DNA of 64,000 nt from an uncultured Chloroflexia bacterium (GCA_963740825.1 CAVUFD010000002.1:4267-68266), one strand, 5' to 3'. Counted from the first letter of the stretch, positions 11,899 to 21,589 are shown. Numbers and translations: made by a program. Notes: generated from the letters alone by a model not told the origin.

Positions 11899-12638
11899 CC
11901 GAGTACCAGGGCCCCGAGCGCCGAAGGGGCAATTCGGACCGGCGCAACCAGTCGTACGAACGGGTGCGGATCGTCATCGTCGACGACCACGCCCTGTTCC
12001 GGGTCGGCATCCGCCAGATCCTCGAGCGGGAGCCCGACTTCGAGATCGTCGCCGAGGCCGATGACGCCCGGTCGGCGATGGATGCGGCGTTCGCGACCAA
12101 CCCCGACGTGATCCTGATGGACCTCTCGCTGCCCTCGCCCGGCGGCATCGAGACGACCCAGCGGGTCAAGCGCGAGCTCCCGGCGGCGGCGATCGTCGTC
12201 CTGTCGACGGAAGAGGACGAGGACGCGCTGTTCGACGCCATCAAGGCCGGCGCGGCCGCGTTCATCCTCAAGGACATCGCGCCCGAAGACCTCGTGATGA
12301 TCATCCGCCGCGTCGTCGCCGGCGAGTACCTGATCAACGACAAGGTGTTCGCCCGGCCCGCGGTCGCCTCGCGCGTGCTCAAGGAGTTCCGCGAGCTCGC
12401 CGTCTACGGCCAGGAGGCCGCCCCGATCTTCGCGCCGCTGTCGCCGCGCGAGGTCGAGATCCTGGACAACATCGCGCAGGGCATGACCAACAAGCAGGTC
12501 GCCTACGCCCTGTCGATCTCCGAGCAGACCGTCAAGAACCACATGAGCTCCATCCTCCGGAAGCTGTCCGTCAACGATCGGACCCAGGCGGTCGTGTACG
12601 CGATGCGCCAGGGCTGGATCCGGATGCCGGAGGACTGA
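11895..12638 (+). CDS. NarL/LuxR-family response regulator (REC + LuxR HTH, unusually long interdomain linker)
   Basis: ATGA overlap with the kinase stop. RIVIVDDHALFRVGIRQIL...VILMDLSLP (REC), and a LuxR HTH (LSPREVEILDNIAQGMTNKQVAYALSISEQTVKNHMSSILRKL) separated from REC by about 70 aa. Confidence 0.8.
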   Translation: MTEYQGPERRRGNSDRRNQSYERVRIVIVDDHALFRVGIRQILEREPDFEIVAEADDARSAMDAAFATNPDVILMDLSLPSPGGIETTQRVKRELPAAAIVVLSTEEDEDALFDAIKAGAAAFILKDIAPEDLVMIIRRVVAGEYLINDKVFARPAVASRVLKEFRELAVYGQEAAPIFAPLSPREVEILDNIAQGMTNKQVAYALSISEQTVKNHMSSILRKLSVNDRTQAVVYAMRQGWIRMPED

Positions 12639-12671
12639 GGGGAAGCGCCCGAGCGGGGGAAGCGTCACGCG

Positions 12672-13848
12672 ATGACCACGCCCGCCGACCCGCCGCCCGC
12701 CTCCGGGGCCCAGCTAGCCGTCGTCCTGGGCGCGGATGTCGTCGGCCTCGACCGCGAGCTGACCGAGATCGACATGCTCGTCGGACAGGCGAAGGCCGAG
12801 GCCGTCCGCCACGAGCAGAAGCGCGCGCAGCTGGCCGAGAAGCTGTCGTCCGCCGAGTCGGCGCGAGGGCACCGAGGCCTGGGCGCAGCTCGTCACGCTG
12901 ACGCGGCGATCCGTGCTGATGGAGGCGCAGGTCGACGTCCTCGAGGGCAAGCGCCGCGCGCTCGCCCGTCATCGCGACGCCATCGCGTCGCTCGTGGACG
13001 CCCTCGACGCCTTGCCGGCTGCCGAGGGGGCCCCGTCCGACGTGGCCGGTGCCGCGGCGGCCTCCGCGTCCCTGTCGCGGGTGGTGATGAGCGCCCAGGA
13101 GGACCTGCGACGCGACATCGCCCGCGCGATGCACGACGGCCCCGCGCAGTCGCTGACCAACATCGTGCTCCAGGCCGCGATCGTCGAGCGGCTGATGGAC
13201 CGCGAGCCCGACAGCGCGAGGGGCGAGCTGCGGCTGCTGGTGGCGATGGTCCAGCAGACCCTCGACGCGACCAAGAACTTCATCTTCGACGTCCGCCCGA
13301 TGGTGCTCGACGACCTGGGCGTGGTCCCGACGCTCCGGCGCATGGCGCGCGACCGGGGCCGGAAGGCAAAGATCCCAGTGGAGTTCGACTCGCTCGGCCA
13401 GGACCGGCGGCTGCCGATGGACATGGAGAGCACGATCTTCCGGATCCTCGACGAGGCCCTGGCGGCCTACCTCGGCCTGCTCCCCGATCGCGTGCTGGTG
13501 CATCTGGACTGGACGGACGAGCTCGAGGCCCGCGTGGTCGCCGAGCGCTCGGCGGCGATGCCGGGCGACGGCGAGGCGCTGCCCGAGGTCCCGACCGGGG
13601 ACGTGCCCGACGCGATCAAGCAGATGATCCAGGACCGCCACGACGCCCACCAGGCCGCCGTGGAGGCGGCCGAGCACGCCGCGATCGTGGAGCTGCCGGC
13701 CGGCGCCCTCAAGGACGTGACCGATCGTGCCTCGTCGATCGGCGGACGCGTGGAGCTCCTGGCGGGCGGCGGCGAGCTGCGCCTGCTGGTTCCGCTGCCG
13801 CGGGAGACGGCCGCGACGACCGGTGGGGGCGCGATCCGGGCGTCATGA
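12672..13848 (+). CDS. second DegS-like HisKA_3 protein with degenerate ATP-binding domain (putative pseudokinase/phosphatase partner); frameshift near 12866
   Basis: Coiled-coil N-terminus and H-box RRDIARAMHDGPAQSLTNIVLQ. The C-terminal domain lacks recognisable N, G1 and G2 boxes. No TM segment. Confidence 0.55.
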
Positions 13849-14018
13849 TCGACCGGCGCGTGCCCGGCAGCGGCGGCGAGACCGGCCCCGGGATCCTCGA
13901 GACCTCGATCGTGCTCGGCCTGGCCCTGCTGCTGGCCGCCGTCATCGTCGTGTTCTTCGGCGGCGCGCTGGCGGACACGATCGGCCTGCTCGTGGACGCG
14001 GCCCACGGCGGCTCCTGA
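13845..14018 (+). CDS. Flp/TadE-like prepilin (57 aa)
   Basis: The ATG overlaps the TGA of the upstream HK-like gene (ATGA). Sequence MIDRRVPGSGGETG|PGILETSIVLGLALLLAAVIVVFFGG: a G-XXXX-E prepilin-type motif followed by a hydrophobic helix. Confidence 0.5.
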   Translation: MIDRRVPGSGGETGPGILETSIVLGLALLLAAVIVVFFGGALADTIGLLVDAAHGGS

Positions 14019-14159
14019 CCGGGTTGACCGGCCGCACCGGGAGGGTCCTCCGGCCGGTCACGAATATGACCATCGTCCCATTGCTGGAGCGTGAGAGCGC
14101 GGGCTACGTTATCGCGGCCCTGGACCTCAGGGTGGCTCTCATTCGGGAGGCACATCTAC

Positions 14160-14330
14160 ATGGCGCTCATCACCTCGCTGCTCGCCTCGTTCCAGAAGGA
14201 CGAGGAAGGCCAGGGTCTCGCCGAGTACGCGCTGATCCTCGCCCTCATCGCGATCGTCGCGATCGTTGCCCTCATCTTCCTGGGCAACCAGGTCTCGTCG
14301 ATCCTGTCGACGGTCGGCGACTCGATCTAG
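14160..14330 (+). CDS. flp: Flp-family type IVb prepilin (56 aa)
   Basis: MALITSLLASFQKDEEG|QGLAEYALILALIAIVAIVALIFLGNQVSSILSTVGDSI. Classic G-XXXX-EY Flp motif, with an SD gggagg 8 nt upstream. Confidence 0.85.
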   Translation: MALITSLLASFQKDEEGQGLAEYALILALIAIVAIVALIFLGNQVSSILSTVGDSI

Positions 14331-14351
14331 TCGCTCACCGAAACGCAGCCT

Positions 14352-14380
14352 GAAGGCCGCCGAGGTGTTCGGCGGCCTTC
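14352..14380 (+). terminator. perfect 12-bp-stem hairpin downstream of flp1 (GAAGGCCGCCGA-ggtgt-TCGGCGGCCTTC)
   Basis: Inverted repeat located 22 nt after the flp1 stop. There is no U-tract, as is common in high-GC genomes. Confidence 0.5.
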
Positions 14381-14522
14381 GCGCATCCAGGCACCAAGCT
14401 CAGGGTGCCGGCGTGCAACAGTGGCCTGATGGTCAGGGTTGACGCAGTTGAGCAAGGCAACCTATTGTTCGCCCTCGCCGCGGCTGGGTCCGCGAGCTTT
14501 GTGGAAAGGAGGTGAACCATCC

Positions 14523-14687
14523 ATGTTCAATGCACTGATCGCTCTCATCAATCGTGACGAGGAAGGCCAGGGTCTCGCCGAGTACGCGCTGATCCTCGCC
14601 CTCATCGCGATCGTCGCCATCGTGGCGCTGATCTTCCTGGGCAACCAGGTCTCCACGATCCTCTCGACGGTCGGCGACTCGATCTAA
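14523..14687 (+). CDS. flp: Flp-family prepilin paralog 2 (54 aa)
   Basis: MFNALIALINRDEEG|QGLAEYALILALIAIVAIVALIFLGNQVSTILSTVGDSI. The mature part differs from flp1 by a single residue (S/T), while the leaders differ. SD AGGAGGTG. Confidence 0.85.
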   Translation: MFNALIALINRDEEGQGLAEYALILALIAIVAIVALIFLGNQVSTILSTVGDSI

Positions 14688-14802
14688 CCAGGTCGACAGC
14701 CAGAGTAGCGAAGCGCCGGCTGCCGACCAAGGCGGCCGGCGCGTTGCTACCGGGGGGCTGGACGCTCCGCGTAGAGTTGGATCGAATGGAGGTGACTCGA
14801 GC

Positions 14803-15000
14803 ATGATCGTCTTGGCGTTCAAGGCGCTCATTCAGCGGTTCACCGATCGTGACGACGACAACGGCCAGGGGCTGGCCGAGTACGCACTCATCCTTGCTCT
14901 CATCGCCGTCATCGCCATCGTCGCCCTGTTCTTCCTGGGAAGCCAGGTCAGCGACAAGCTCAGCGTCATCGGCGACACGATCGACTCGGTGGCACCCTGA
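14803..15000 (+). CDS. flp: Flp-family prepilin paralog 3 (65 aa, diverged)
   Basis: MIVLAFKALIQRFTDRDDDNG|QGLAEYALILALIAVIAIVALFFLGSQVSDKLSVIGDTIDSVAP. SD GGAGGTG. Confidence 0.8.
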   Translation: MIVLAFKALIQRFTDRDDDNGQGLAEYALILALIAVIAIVALFFLGSQVSDKLSVIGDTIDSVAP

Positions 15001-15032
15001 AGGGGCGCTCCACTCAACCAACGCACCACAGC

Positions 15033-15069
15033 GACGACCCGCTGGCCTAGCCGGCGGGTCGTTTCGTGT
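15033..15069 (+). terminator. intrinsic-terminator-like hairpin after flp3 (ACGACCCGC ... GCGGGTCGT followed by TTCGTGT)
   Basis: 9-bp GC stem followed by a short T-rich tail, 33 nt after the flp3 stop. Confidence 0.45.
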
Positions 15070-15312
15070 CCGGCACCACGGACAGCTCCGGGACCGGCAG
15101 CTCCGGGCCTGATCGCGCGCGTCCTCGAGCGGGTGGTGCGCGCCCAGTGTCGGGCTGTTGACATCGACGCACGCAGCCTTGCAGCGGACCTTACGATGTG
15201 CGGCGGTTCCCACCATTTCCTGCCAATGGTCCTAGGCCTATTGGCTGGTATCCGGCCAAAACACCGCTGCTAGAGTGGTGCCACCTGTCACATCCGGCAC
15301 GGGGAGGTTCTG

Positions 15313-16311
15313 TTGAAGCGCTCGAACCGGTTGGTCCTGCTTATCGGGATCTTCCTCGCACTCATCGCGTTCGTCTTGATCCTGGTGACCGTCAGCGGCG
15401 GTGGAAACAAAACGACCACCGAGAAGCCGACGACGACGACGTTGGTCGTGGCCACGAAGGCCATCGACCTCGGCGCCATCATCCAGTCGACCGACGTCAC
15501 GACCAACGACGTCGCGATCACCGACTTCCCGCCCAACGGGATCAAGCTCACCAGCCTGGTCGTCGGCCAGCTCGCGCGCCAGCCGGTGACCTCCGGCCAG
15601 GCGGTGACCACCGACGTCCTGCAGGGCGCCTCCGGCAGCATCCAGAACATCCAGGTCCCCGTCGGCCACGTCGCGATGGCCGTCCAGGTGGACCAGGTCA
15701 CGGGCGTCGGCACGATCATCAAGGCCGGCGACTACGTCGACCTCGTCACCGGCATCACCGGGACCGACAAGGTGCCGCTCGTGGTGTCCCCGACGATCCG
15801 ACCCGGTGGTGGCGGCGGCAACGCGACGCCGGCCCCGCGCGGCGGCTTCGCGCCCGAGGTCCTGCCCTACAACCCGACGACCGTCAAGACGCTCATCCAG
15901 GGTGTCCAGGTGCTCGGCACGCTGCTCCCGCCGCCCAGCTCGTCCAGCAACGGCAACGCGCAGGCGTCGCCCGGCACGGGCGCCGAGACGACCCTCAACG
16001 GCCAGCAGCAGATCGTGGTCCTCTCGGTCACGTCGCAGGACGTCGAGGTCATCAAGTTCGCCCAGATCGACGGCAACATCTCGCTGGTCCTGCGGTCCAC
16101 CGATGACTGCCAGCCCCTCGAGAGCCCGTCGCCCTCGCCGAGCGCCAGCCCGTCCGCGTCGCCCGGCCCCAGCCTGGCTCCGCTCTCGCCCTGCCCGGCC
16201 TTCCCGACGACCGGCGTCACCCTTCGCAAGCTGGTCGACGACTTCGGCGTCCTGCCTCCGCAGGTGATCGAGGTCATCCAGCCGACCCCGTACCCGCAGT
16301 TCGCACCGTAA
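15313..16311 (+). CDS. cpaB: Flp pilus assembly protein CpaB/RcpC (SAF domain)
   Basis: One N-terminal TM (LVLLIGIFLALIAFVLILV). SAF/CpaB-like core LVVATKAIDLGAIIQSTDV...QVPVGHVAMAVQVDQVTGVGTIIKAGDYVDLV, and a Pro/Ser-rich linker. Confidence 0.8.
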   Translation: MKRSNRLVLLIGIFLALIAFVLILVTVSGGGNKTTTEKPTTTTLVVATKAIDLGAIIQSTDVTTNDVAITDFPPNGIKLTSLVVGQLARQPVTSGQAVTTDVLQGASGSIQNIQVPVGHVAMAVQVDQVTGVGTIIKAGDYVDLVTGITGTDKVPLVVSPTIRPGGGGGNATPAPRGGFAPEVLPYNPTTVKTLIQGVQVLGTLLPPPSSSSNGNAQASPGTGAETTLNGQQQIVVLSVTSQDVEVIKFAQIDGNISLVLRSTDDCQPLESPSPSPSASPSASPGPSLAPLSPCPAFPTTGVTLRKLVDDFGVLPPQVIEVIQPTPYPQFAP

Positions 16312-16424
16312 GCGCGCCTCCACCGCGGGTCCACGACCCGCTCCCGCGACCCGATGGGCCGGTACACCACCGGCCCATCGACGTCCGATCCATCTGACAT
16401 CCCGGCCACCTGAATCCGAGACCC

Positions 16425-17699
16425 ATGGCAGACCAGATCCGCGTCCTGATCGTCGACGACATCCCGGAGACCCGCGATCACCTCTCGAAGCTCCTGGGCT
16501 TCGAGGCGGACATCGAGGTCGTGGGATCGGCGGCGTCCGGGCGCGAAGCCATCGAGATGGCGGCGAAGCTCACGCCGGACGTCGTCCTGATGGACATCAA
16601 CATGCCCGACATGGACGGCATCTCGGCGACGGAACGCCTGTCCGCCGAGGTGCCGACGGCCGCCGTCGTGATGATGTCGGTCCAGGGCGAGGCGGACTAC
16701 CTCCGCCGGTCGATGCTGGCCGGGGCTCGCGAGTTCCTCGTCAAGCCGTTCTCCTCGGACGAGCTCACCTCGTCGATCCGGCAGGTCTACACGCGCGAGC
16801 AGGAAAAGCTGTCGCGCATCGCGCTCGCACCACCCGTGGCCAGCAGCGCCGGCGGCACCGCCGTCGCGGTCCGGCCGGTCGTGGAACGCGAGAGCGGCGA
16901 GCCCGGCCGCGTGGTCGCGGTGTTCGGCCCCAAGGGGGGCGTCGGGCGCACGACGCTGGCGGTCAACCTCGCGGTTGCCGCGGCGACCGAGCTCGGCCAG
17001 CGGACCTGTCTCGTGGACGCGTCGTTCCAGTTCGGGGACATCGGCGTCCTGCTCAACCTCAACCCCAAGAACAAGTCCATCGCGGACGTCATCCCGGAGC
17101 TCGAGCACGGGGACATCGAGTCGCTCGACGCCTTCGTCATCAGTCACTCGGCCGGGATCAAGGTCCTGCTGGCGCCCCCGTCGCCGGAGATGGCCGAGCT
17201 CATCACCCCCGCCGGCGCGAAGCGCATGGTGGAAGCCCTCCGCGCCCAGAACGACCTGGTCGTCGTCGACTGCCCGTCGACCTTCAACGACACGACGCTG
17301 GCCATCCTCGACCAGGCCGATACCGTGCTCACGATGCTCTCGCTCGAGATCACGTCGATCAAGAACATCCGCCTCTTCCTCGAGGTGGCGGACCAGCTGG
17401 GGTACAGCCAGGACAAGGTCCGGCTCGTCCTCAATCGCGCCGATTCGTCCCTGGGCATCCGCGTCGCCGACGTGGAGCACTCGATCGGGCGGCGCGTGGA
17501 CCACACGATCGTCTCCGATGGCCGGAGCGTCGTCTACGCCCTCAACCGGGGCGTGCCGTTCTTCCTCTCCAATCGGGAGGCGCAGGTCTCACAGGACGTG
17601 CTGCGTCTCGCCTCGGCCGTGGTTGGCGCGACTCCGGCAGACGCCGAAGAGCCCAGCCGGAAGGCCGGTCAGAAGAAATCGCTGTTCGCGTGGCGATGA
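16425..17699 (+). CDS. cpaE: CpaE/TadZ pilus-assembly ATPase-like protein (ParA/MinD fold) with a canonical N-terminal REC domain
   Basis: REC (IRVLIVDDIPETRD...VVLMDINMPDMDG) followed by a deviant Walker A GPKGGVGRTTLAVNLA. Confidence 0.85.
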   Translation: MADQIRVLIVDDIPETRDHLSKLLGFEADIEVVGSAASGREAIEMAAKLTPDVVLMDINMPDMDGISATERLSAEVPTAAVVMMSVQGEADYLRRSMLAGAREFLVKPFSSDELTSSIRQVYTREQEKLSRIALAPPVASSAGGTAVAVRPVVERESGEPGRVVAVFGPKGGVGRTTLAVNLAVAAATELGQRTCLVDASFQFGDIGVLLNLNPKNKSIADVIPELEHGDIESLDAFVISHSAGIKVLLAPPSPEMAELITPAGAKRMVEALRAQNDLVVVDCPSTFNDTTLAILDQADTVLTMLSLEITSIKNIRLFLEVADQLGYSQDKVRLVLNRADSSLGIRVADVEHSIGRRVDHTIVSDGRSVVYALNRGVPFFLSNREAQVSQDVLRLASAVVGATPADAEEPSRKAGQKKSLFAWR

Positions 17700-17747
17700 A
17701 TGCGACAGCGCGCACAATGGCCGCACACGGCTGAAGGGGTGTAACCG

Positions 17748-19154
17748 ATGTCCCTCTTGAAGCGGATCGAAAGCGCTCGACCCGGCACGGGTCCGGCGCC
17801 GGACGGATCCAACGTTCCTGCCCCGGCGCCGGGTGGCGGCGGGAGCCAGACGCCGGCCGCGCCGCAGGGTCGCCTCATGAGTCAGGCACCTGTTCGCGAG
17901 TCGTTCCGGGACGTCAAGTTCCGGATCCAGAGCCGCGTCATCCAGGACCTGGACCCGAAGCTCGACCTGTCCAACCAGGTCGAGGTGCGCCGGCAGATCG
18001 AGGAGATCTTCGGCAAGGTCATCGACGAGGAAGGCCTCGCGCTGACCCGCGCCGAGCGCGTCCGGATGCTGGAGCAGATCACCGACGAGATCATCGGCCT
18101 CGGCCCGTTGGAGCCCCTGCTCCGCGACGAGTCGATCTCGGAGGTCATGGTCAACGGGCCGCGCCAGGTCTACATCGAGCGCAGCGGCCGCCTCGAGCTC
18201 ACGAACGTCGTGTTCCAGAACGACGACCACGTCATGCGCATCATCGATCGGATCATCGCTCCGATCGGTCGCCGCGTTGACGAGTCGTCGCCGATGGTCG
18301 ACGCTCGCCTCACCGACGGCTCCCGCGTGAACGCCATCATCCCGCCCCTGTCCCTGGTCGGCCCGGTCATCACCATCCGGAAGTTCTCGGCCTCCCCCTT
18401 CACGGTCGACGACCTCATCCGGTTCGGCACGGCCACGCCGGACATGTTCGAGTTCCTGCGCGCCGCGGTCGAGGCCCGCCTGAACGTCTTCGTCAGCGGC
18501 GGCACCGGCTCGGGCAAGACCACCACGCTCAACGTCCTGTCCTCGTTCATCCCGAACGACGAGCGCATCGTCACGATCGAGGACGCCGCCGAGCTGCAGC
18601 TCCGCCAGGAGCACGTGGTGACGCTCGAGTCCCGGCCCCCCAACATCGAGGGCAAGGGCCAGATCCCGATCCGTGAGCTCGTCCGCAACTCGCTGCGGAT
18701 GCGGCCCGACCGCATCATCGTCGGCGAGTGCCGCTCCGGCGAGGCCCTGGACATGCTCCAGGCCATGAACACCGGCCACGATGGCTCGATGTCCACCGGC
18801 CACGCGAACAGCCCGCGCGACATGCTCGCCCGGCTCGAGACGATGGTGCTGATGGCGGGCGTCGACCTGCCGGTCCGCGCCATCCGCGAGCAGATCGCCT
18901 CCGCGGTGGACGTCATCGTCCACCAGTCGCGGCTCAAGGACGGCACGCGCCGCATCACGAACATCACCGAGGTCCAGGGCATGGAGGGTGATGTCATCGT
19001 CATGCAGGACGTGTTCGTGTTCGAGCAGACGGGCGTCGTCGAAGGCAAGATCCAGGGCCGCCTGAAGCCGACCGGCATCCGGCCCAAGTTCGTCGAGAAG
19101 TTCGAGGTCCAGGGCATCCACCTGCCGCCGGGCCTGTTCGGCTTCAGCTACTAA
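17748..19154 (+). CDS. cpaF: CpaF/TadA secretion ATPase
   Basis: Walker A VSGGTGSGKTT, plus IVTIEDAAEL and IIVGECRSGEALDMLQAMNTGHDGSMSTGHANS. Confidence 0.9.
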   Translation: MSLLKRIESARPGTGPAPDGSNVPAPAPGGGGSQTPAAPQGRLMSQAPVRESFRDVKFRIQSRVIQDLDPKLDLSNQVEVRRQIEEIFGKVIDEEGLALTRAERVRMLEQITDEIIGLGPLEPLLRDESISEVMVNGPRQVYIERSGRLELTNVVFQNDDHVMRIIDRIIAPIGRRVDESSPMVDARLTDGSRVNAIIPPLSLVGPVITIRKFSASPFTVDDLIRFGTATPDMFEFLRAAVEARLNVFVSGGTGSGKTTTLNVLSSFIPNDERIVTIEDAAELQLRQEHVVTLESRPPNIEGKGQIPIRELVRNSLRMRPDRIIVGECRSGEALDMLQAMNTGHDGSMSTGHANSPRDMLARLETMVLMAGVDLPVRAIREQIASAVDVIVHQSRLKDGTRRITNITEVQGMEGDVIVMQDVFVFEQTGVVEGKIQGRLKPTGIRPKFVEKFEVQGIHLPPGLFGFSY

Positions 19155-19179
19155 CCAGGCTGGAGAGGGAGACATCGCC

Positions 19180-20197
19180 GTGGAGCCCACGACCATCCTC
19201 ATCGCCGGCATCGCCGCCCTCGCGATCCTCGTGATCGCCGTGGGCATCGCGATGTCCGGTGGCGGCTCGGGCGTCAACGCGCGCCTCGAGCGCTACGCCT
19301 CGGGCCGGGAAGCGAAGCCCGCGGCCGGCGCCTCCGGGCAGGGCGGCCTCCAGGAGGCCCTCCAGTCCAGCCAGGCCATGGCCCAGCTCAACAAGGTCGT
19401 CGAGCAGCGCGACTTCGGGGCGAACCTCGCCCGCGAGATCGCCCGCGCCGACCTGCGGCTGAAGGTCAGCGAGTACCTCGTGATCTGGGCCGCCTGCATC
19501 ATCGGCGTGCCGATCCTCATGGTCGTCGCTGTCGGTGGCGTTCCCCGCCCTGCGCAACCCGATCGCGCTCCTGATCGGCGCGCTGATCGGGTTCATGCTC
19601 CCGCGCTTCTGGCTCAACCGCCGCAAGTCGAGCCGGCTGAACTCGTTCAACAAGCAGCTGCCGGACACGATCACGCTGATCGCGAACGCGCTCCGCGCGG
19701 GCTCGTCGTTCCTCCAGGCGATCGAGCTCGTCGTCCGCGAGTCGCGGCCCCCGATCTCCACGGAGTTCGGGCGAGTCATCCGCGAGGTCAACCTCGGCCT
19801 GTCGTTCGAGGTCGCGCTGGAGAACATGGTCCGGCGCGTGAGGTCGGACGACCTCGAGCTGATGGCGACCGCCATCTCGATCCAGCACACGGTCGGCGGC
19901 AACCTCGCCGAGATCCTCGACTCGATCGCCTTCACCATCCGCGAACGGGTCCGGATCAAGGGCGAGATCAGGACCCTGACGGCGCAGCAGCGCCTGTCGG
20001 GCTACGTCGTCGGCTTCCTGCCCATCGGCCTCGCCGGCTTCCTGTTCATCGCGGCGCCCGGCTTCATGTCGCCGATGTTCGACAACCGGGTCTCCCTGCT
20101 CGGCCTGCCTGGTGGCGTGCTCATCCTGTTCCTCGGCGGGTTCGCGATGTTCATCGGGTTCATGCTCATCCGCAAGATCGTGGACATCGAGGTCTAG
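19180..20197 (+). CDS. tadB: TadB (T2SS-F domain inner-membrane platform protein); frameshift near 19540
   Basis: N-terminal TM and periplasmic part lie in one frame. The T2SSF domain (LPDTITLIANALRAGSSFLQAIELVVRES...) lies in another. The join sits at a G/C run. Confidence 0.75.
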
Positions 20198-20200
20198 CCG

Positions 20201-21137
20201 ATGGAATCCCTGTTGCCCTTTCTCATCGCCGGCGTCGCGGCGATCGCGATCCTCCTGATCTTCGTCGGCCTGGCCGGCGGCTCGCCCGTGGATCCCGTCC
20301 AGGCGCGCCTGACCCAGCTGGGCACGATGCAGGCCAAGAACCTCGAGGAGCTCGAGCTCCAGCAGCCATTCATCGAGCGCACGCTGCGTCCGCTGGCGCA
20401 ACGGTTCTCGGGTGCGACCTCGCGCATGGCGAGCACCTCGTTCACCGCGACCACCGAGAAGCGTCTCGCGCTCGCCGGCAACCCGGGCGGCCTGCGCGTC
20501 GCGGACTGGCTGGGCATCAAGGCGGTCGGCGCGATCGTCGGCGGCGTGATCTTCGGCCTGTTGTTCTTCGTCGTCGGGTTCATGAACCTGCCGCTCATCC
20601 TGCGGCTGGCGATGATCCCGATCGGGATTGGCGTTCGGCTACACGATCCCCGAGTTCTGGCTCGGCGGCCGCGTCCGCAAGCGCCAGAAGGCCATCCTGC
20701 TCATGATCCCGGACGCCCTGGACCTGCTGACGATCTCCGTCCGCGCGGGCCTCGGCTTCGACGGGGCGCTGGGCAAGGTCGTCGAGAAGCTCAAGGGACC
20801 CCTCACCGAGGAGTTCCGGCGGGCGCTGGCGGAGATCCGCGTCGGCAAGGCCCGGCGCGACGCGCTCCGGGACATCGTCCCGCGGACCGAGGTCCCGGCC
20901 CTCACCAACTTCATCGGGGCGATCATCCAGGCCGAGCAGCTCGGCGTGTCGATCAGCAAGGTGCTCCAGGTCCAGTCGGAGCAGCTGCGCATCGAGCGCC
21001 GGCAGCGCGCAGAGGAGATGGCGGCCAAGGCGCCGATCAAGATGCTGTTCCCGCTCGTCGGGTGCATCTTCCCGTCGCTGTTCATCGTCATCCTCGGCCC
21101 GGCGATCATCCTGATCATGATCAACCTCCACACCTAG
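20201..21137 (+). CDS. tadC: TadC (T2SS-F domain platform protein); frameshift near 20628
   Basis: MESLLPFLIAGVAAIAILLIFVGL... then, in a second frame, IPDALDLLTISVRAGLGFDGALGKVVEKL... Confidence 0.7.
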
Positions 21138-21149
21138 GCCTCCCGTCCG

Positions 21150-21539
21150 ATGGCGACCACCGCCGCCACCGGTGTCGCGCGCAACGTCGAGCGATCGACG
21201 CTGCTCGCCGAGCGGCTGGAGACGGCCGGCTCGCTGTGGGCCAAGTTCATGGGGTTGATGGGGCGGCCGAACCTGCCGCCCGGCGACGGGCTGTGGCTGC
21301 CGGCCAGCAACGGGATCCACATGATGTTCATGCGCTTCCCGATCGACGCCGTGTTCGTGACGCGCGCGGATCCGTCCGGCGTGCGGCGCGTCCGCTCCGT
21401 GCACCCGTCGCTGGCCGCGTGGACGGGCCTCGTGCCCTTGATCCGGGGCGCCGACGGGGTCCTGGAGCTGCCGGTCGGGACCATCGCCGCGACCGGGACC
21501 GTCGTGGGCGACCGCGTGGAGATCGTGGAGCGCTCGTAG
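21150..21539 (+). CDS. DUF192 (COG1430) domain protein
   Basis: LWLPASNGIHMMFMRFPIDAVFV, typical of DUF192. It is the last gene of the tad operon, 13 nt after tadC. Confidence 0.6.
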   Translation: MATTAATGVARNVERSTLLAERLETAGSLWAKFMGLMGRPNLPPGDGLWLPASNGIHMMFMRFPIDAVFVTRADPSGVRRVRSVHPSLAAWTGLVPLIRGADGVLELPVGTIAATGTVVGDRVEIVERS

Positions 21540-21589
21540 GCGAGGAGCCGGGTGAGTCGCCGTGAAGTGGCGATCGACACACTCGCGCC

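Noticed and set aside
15150-15200. TTGACA hexamer upstream of cpaB as a promoter
   Set aside because: No suitably spaced -10 element was found, so the call is not reliable.
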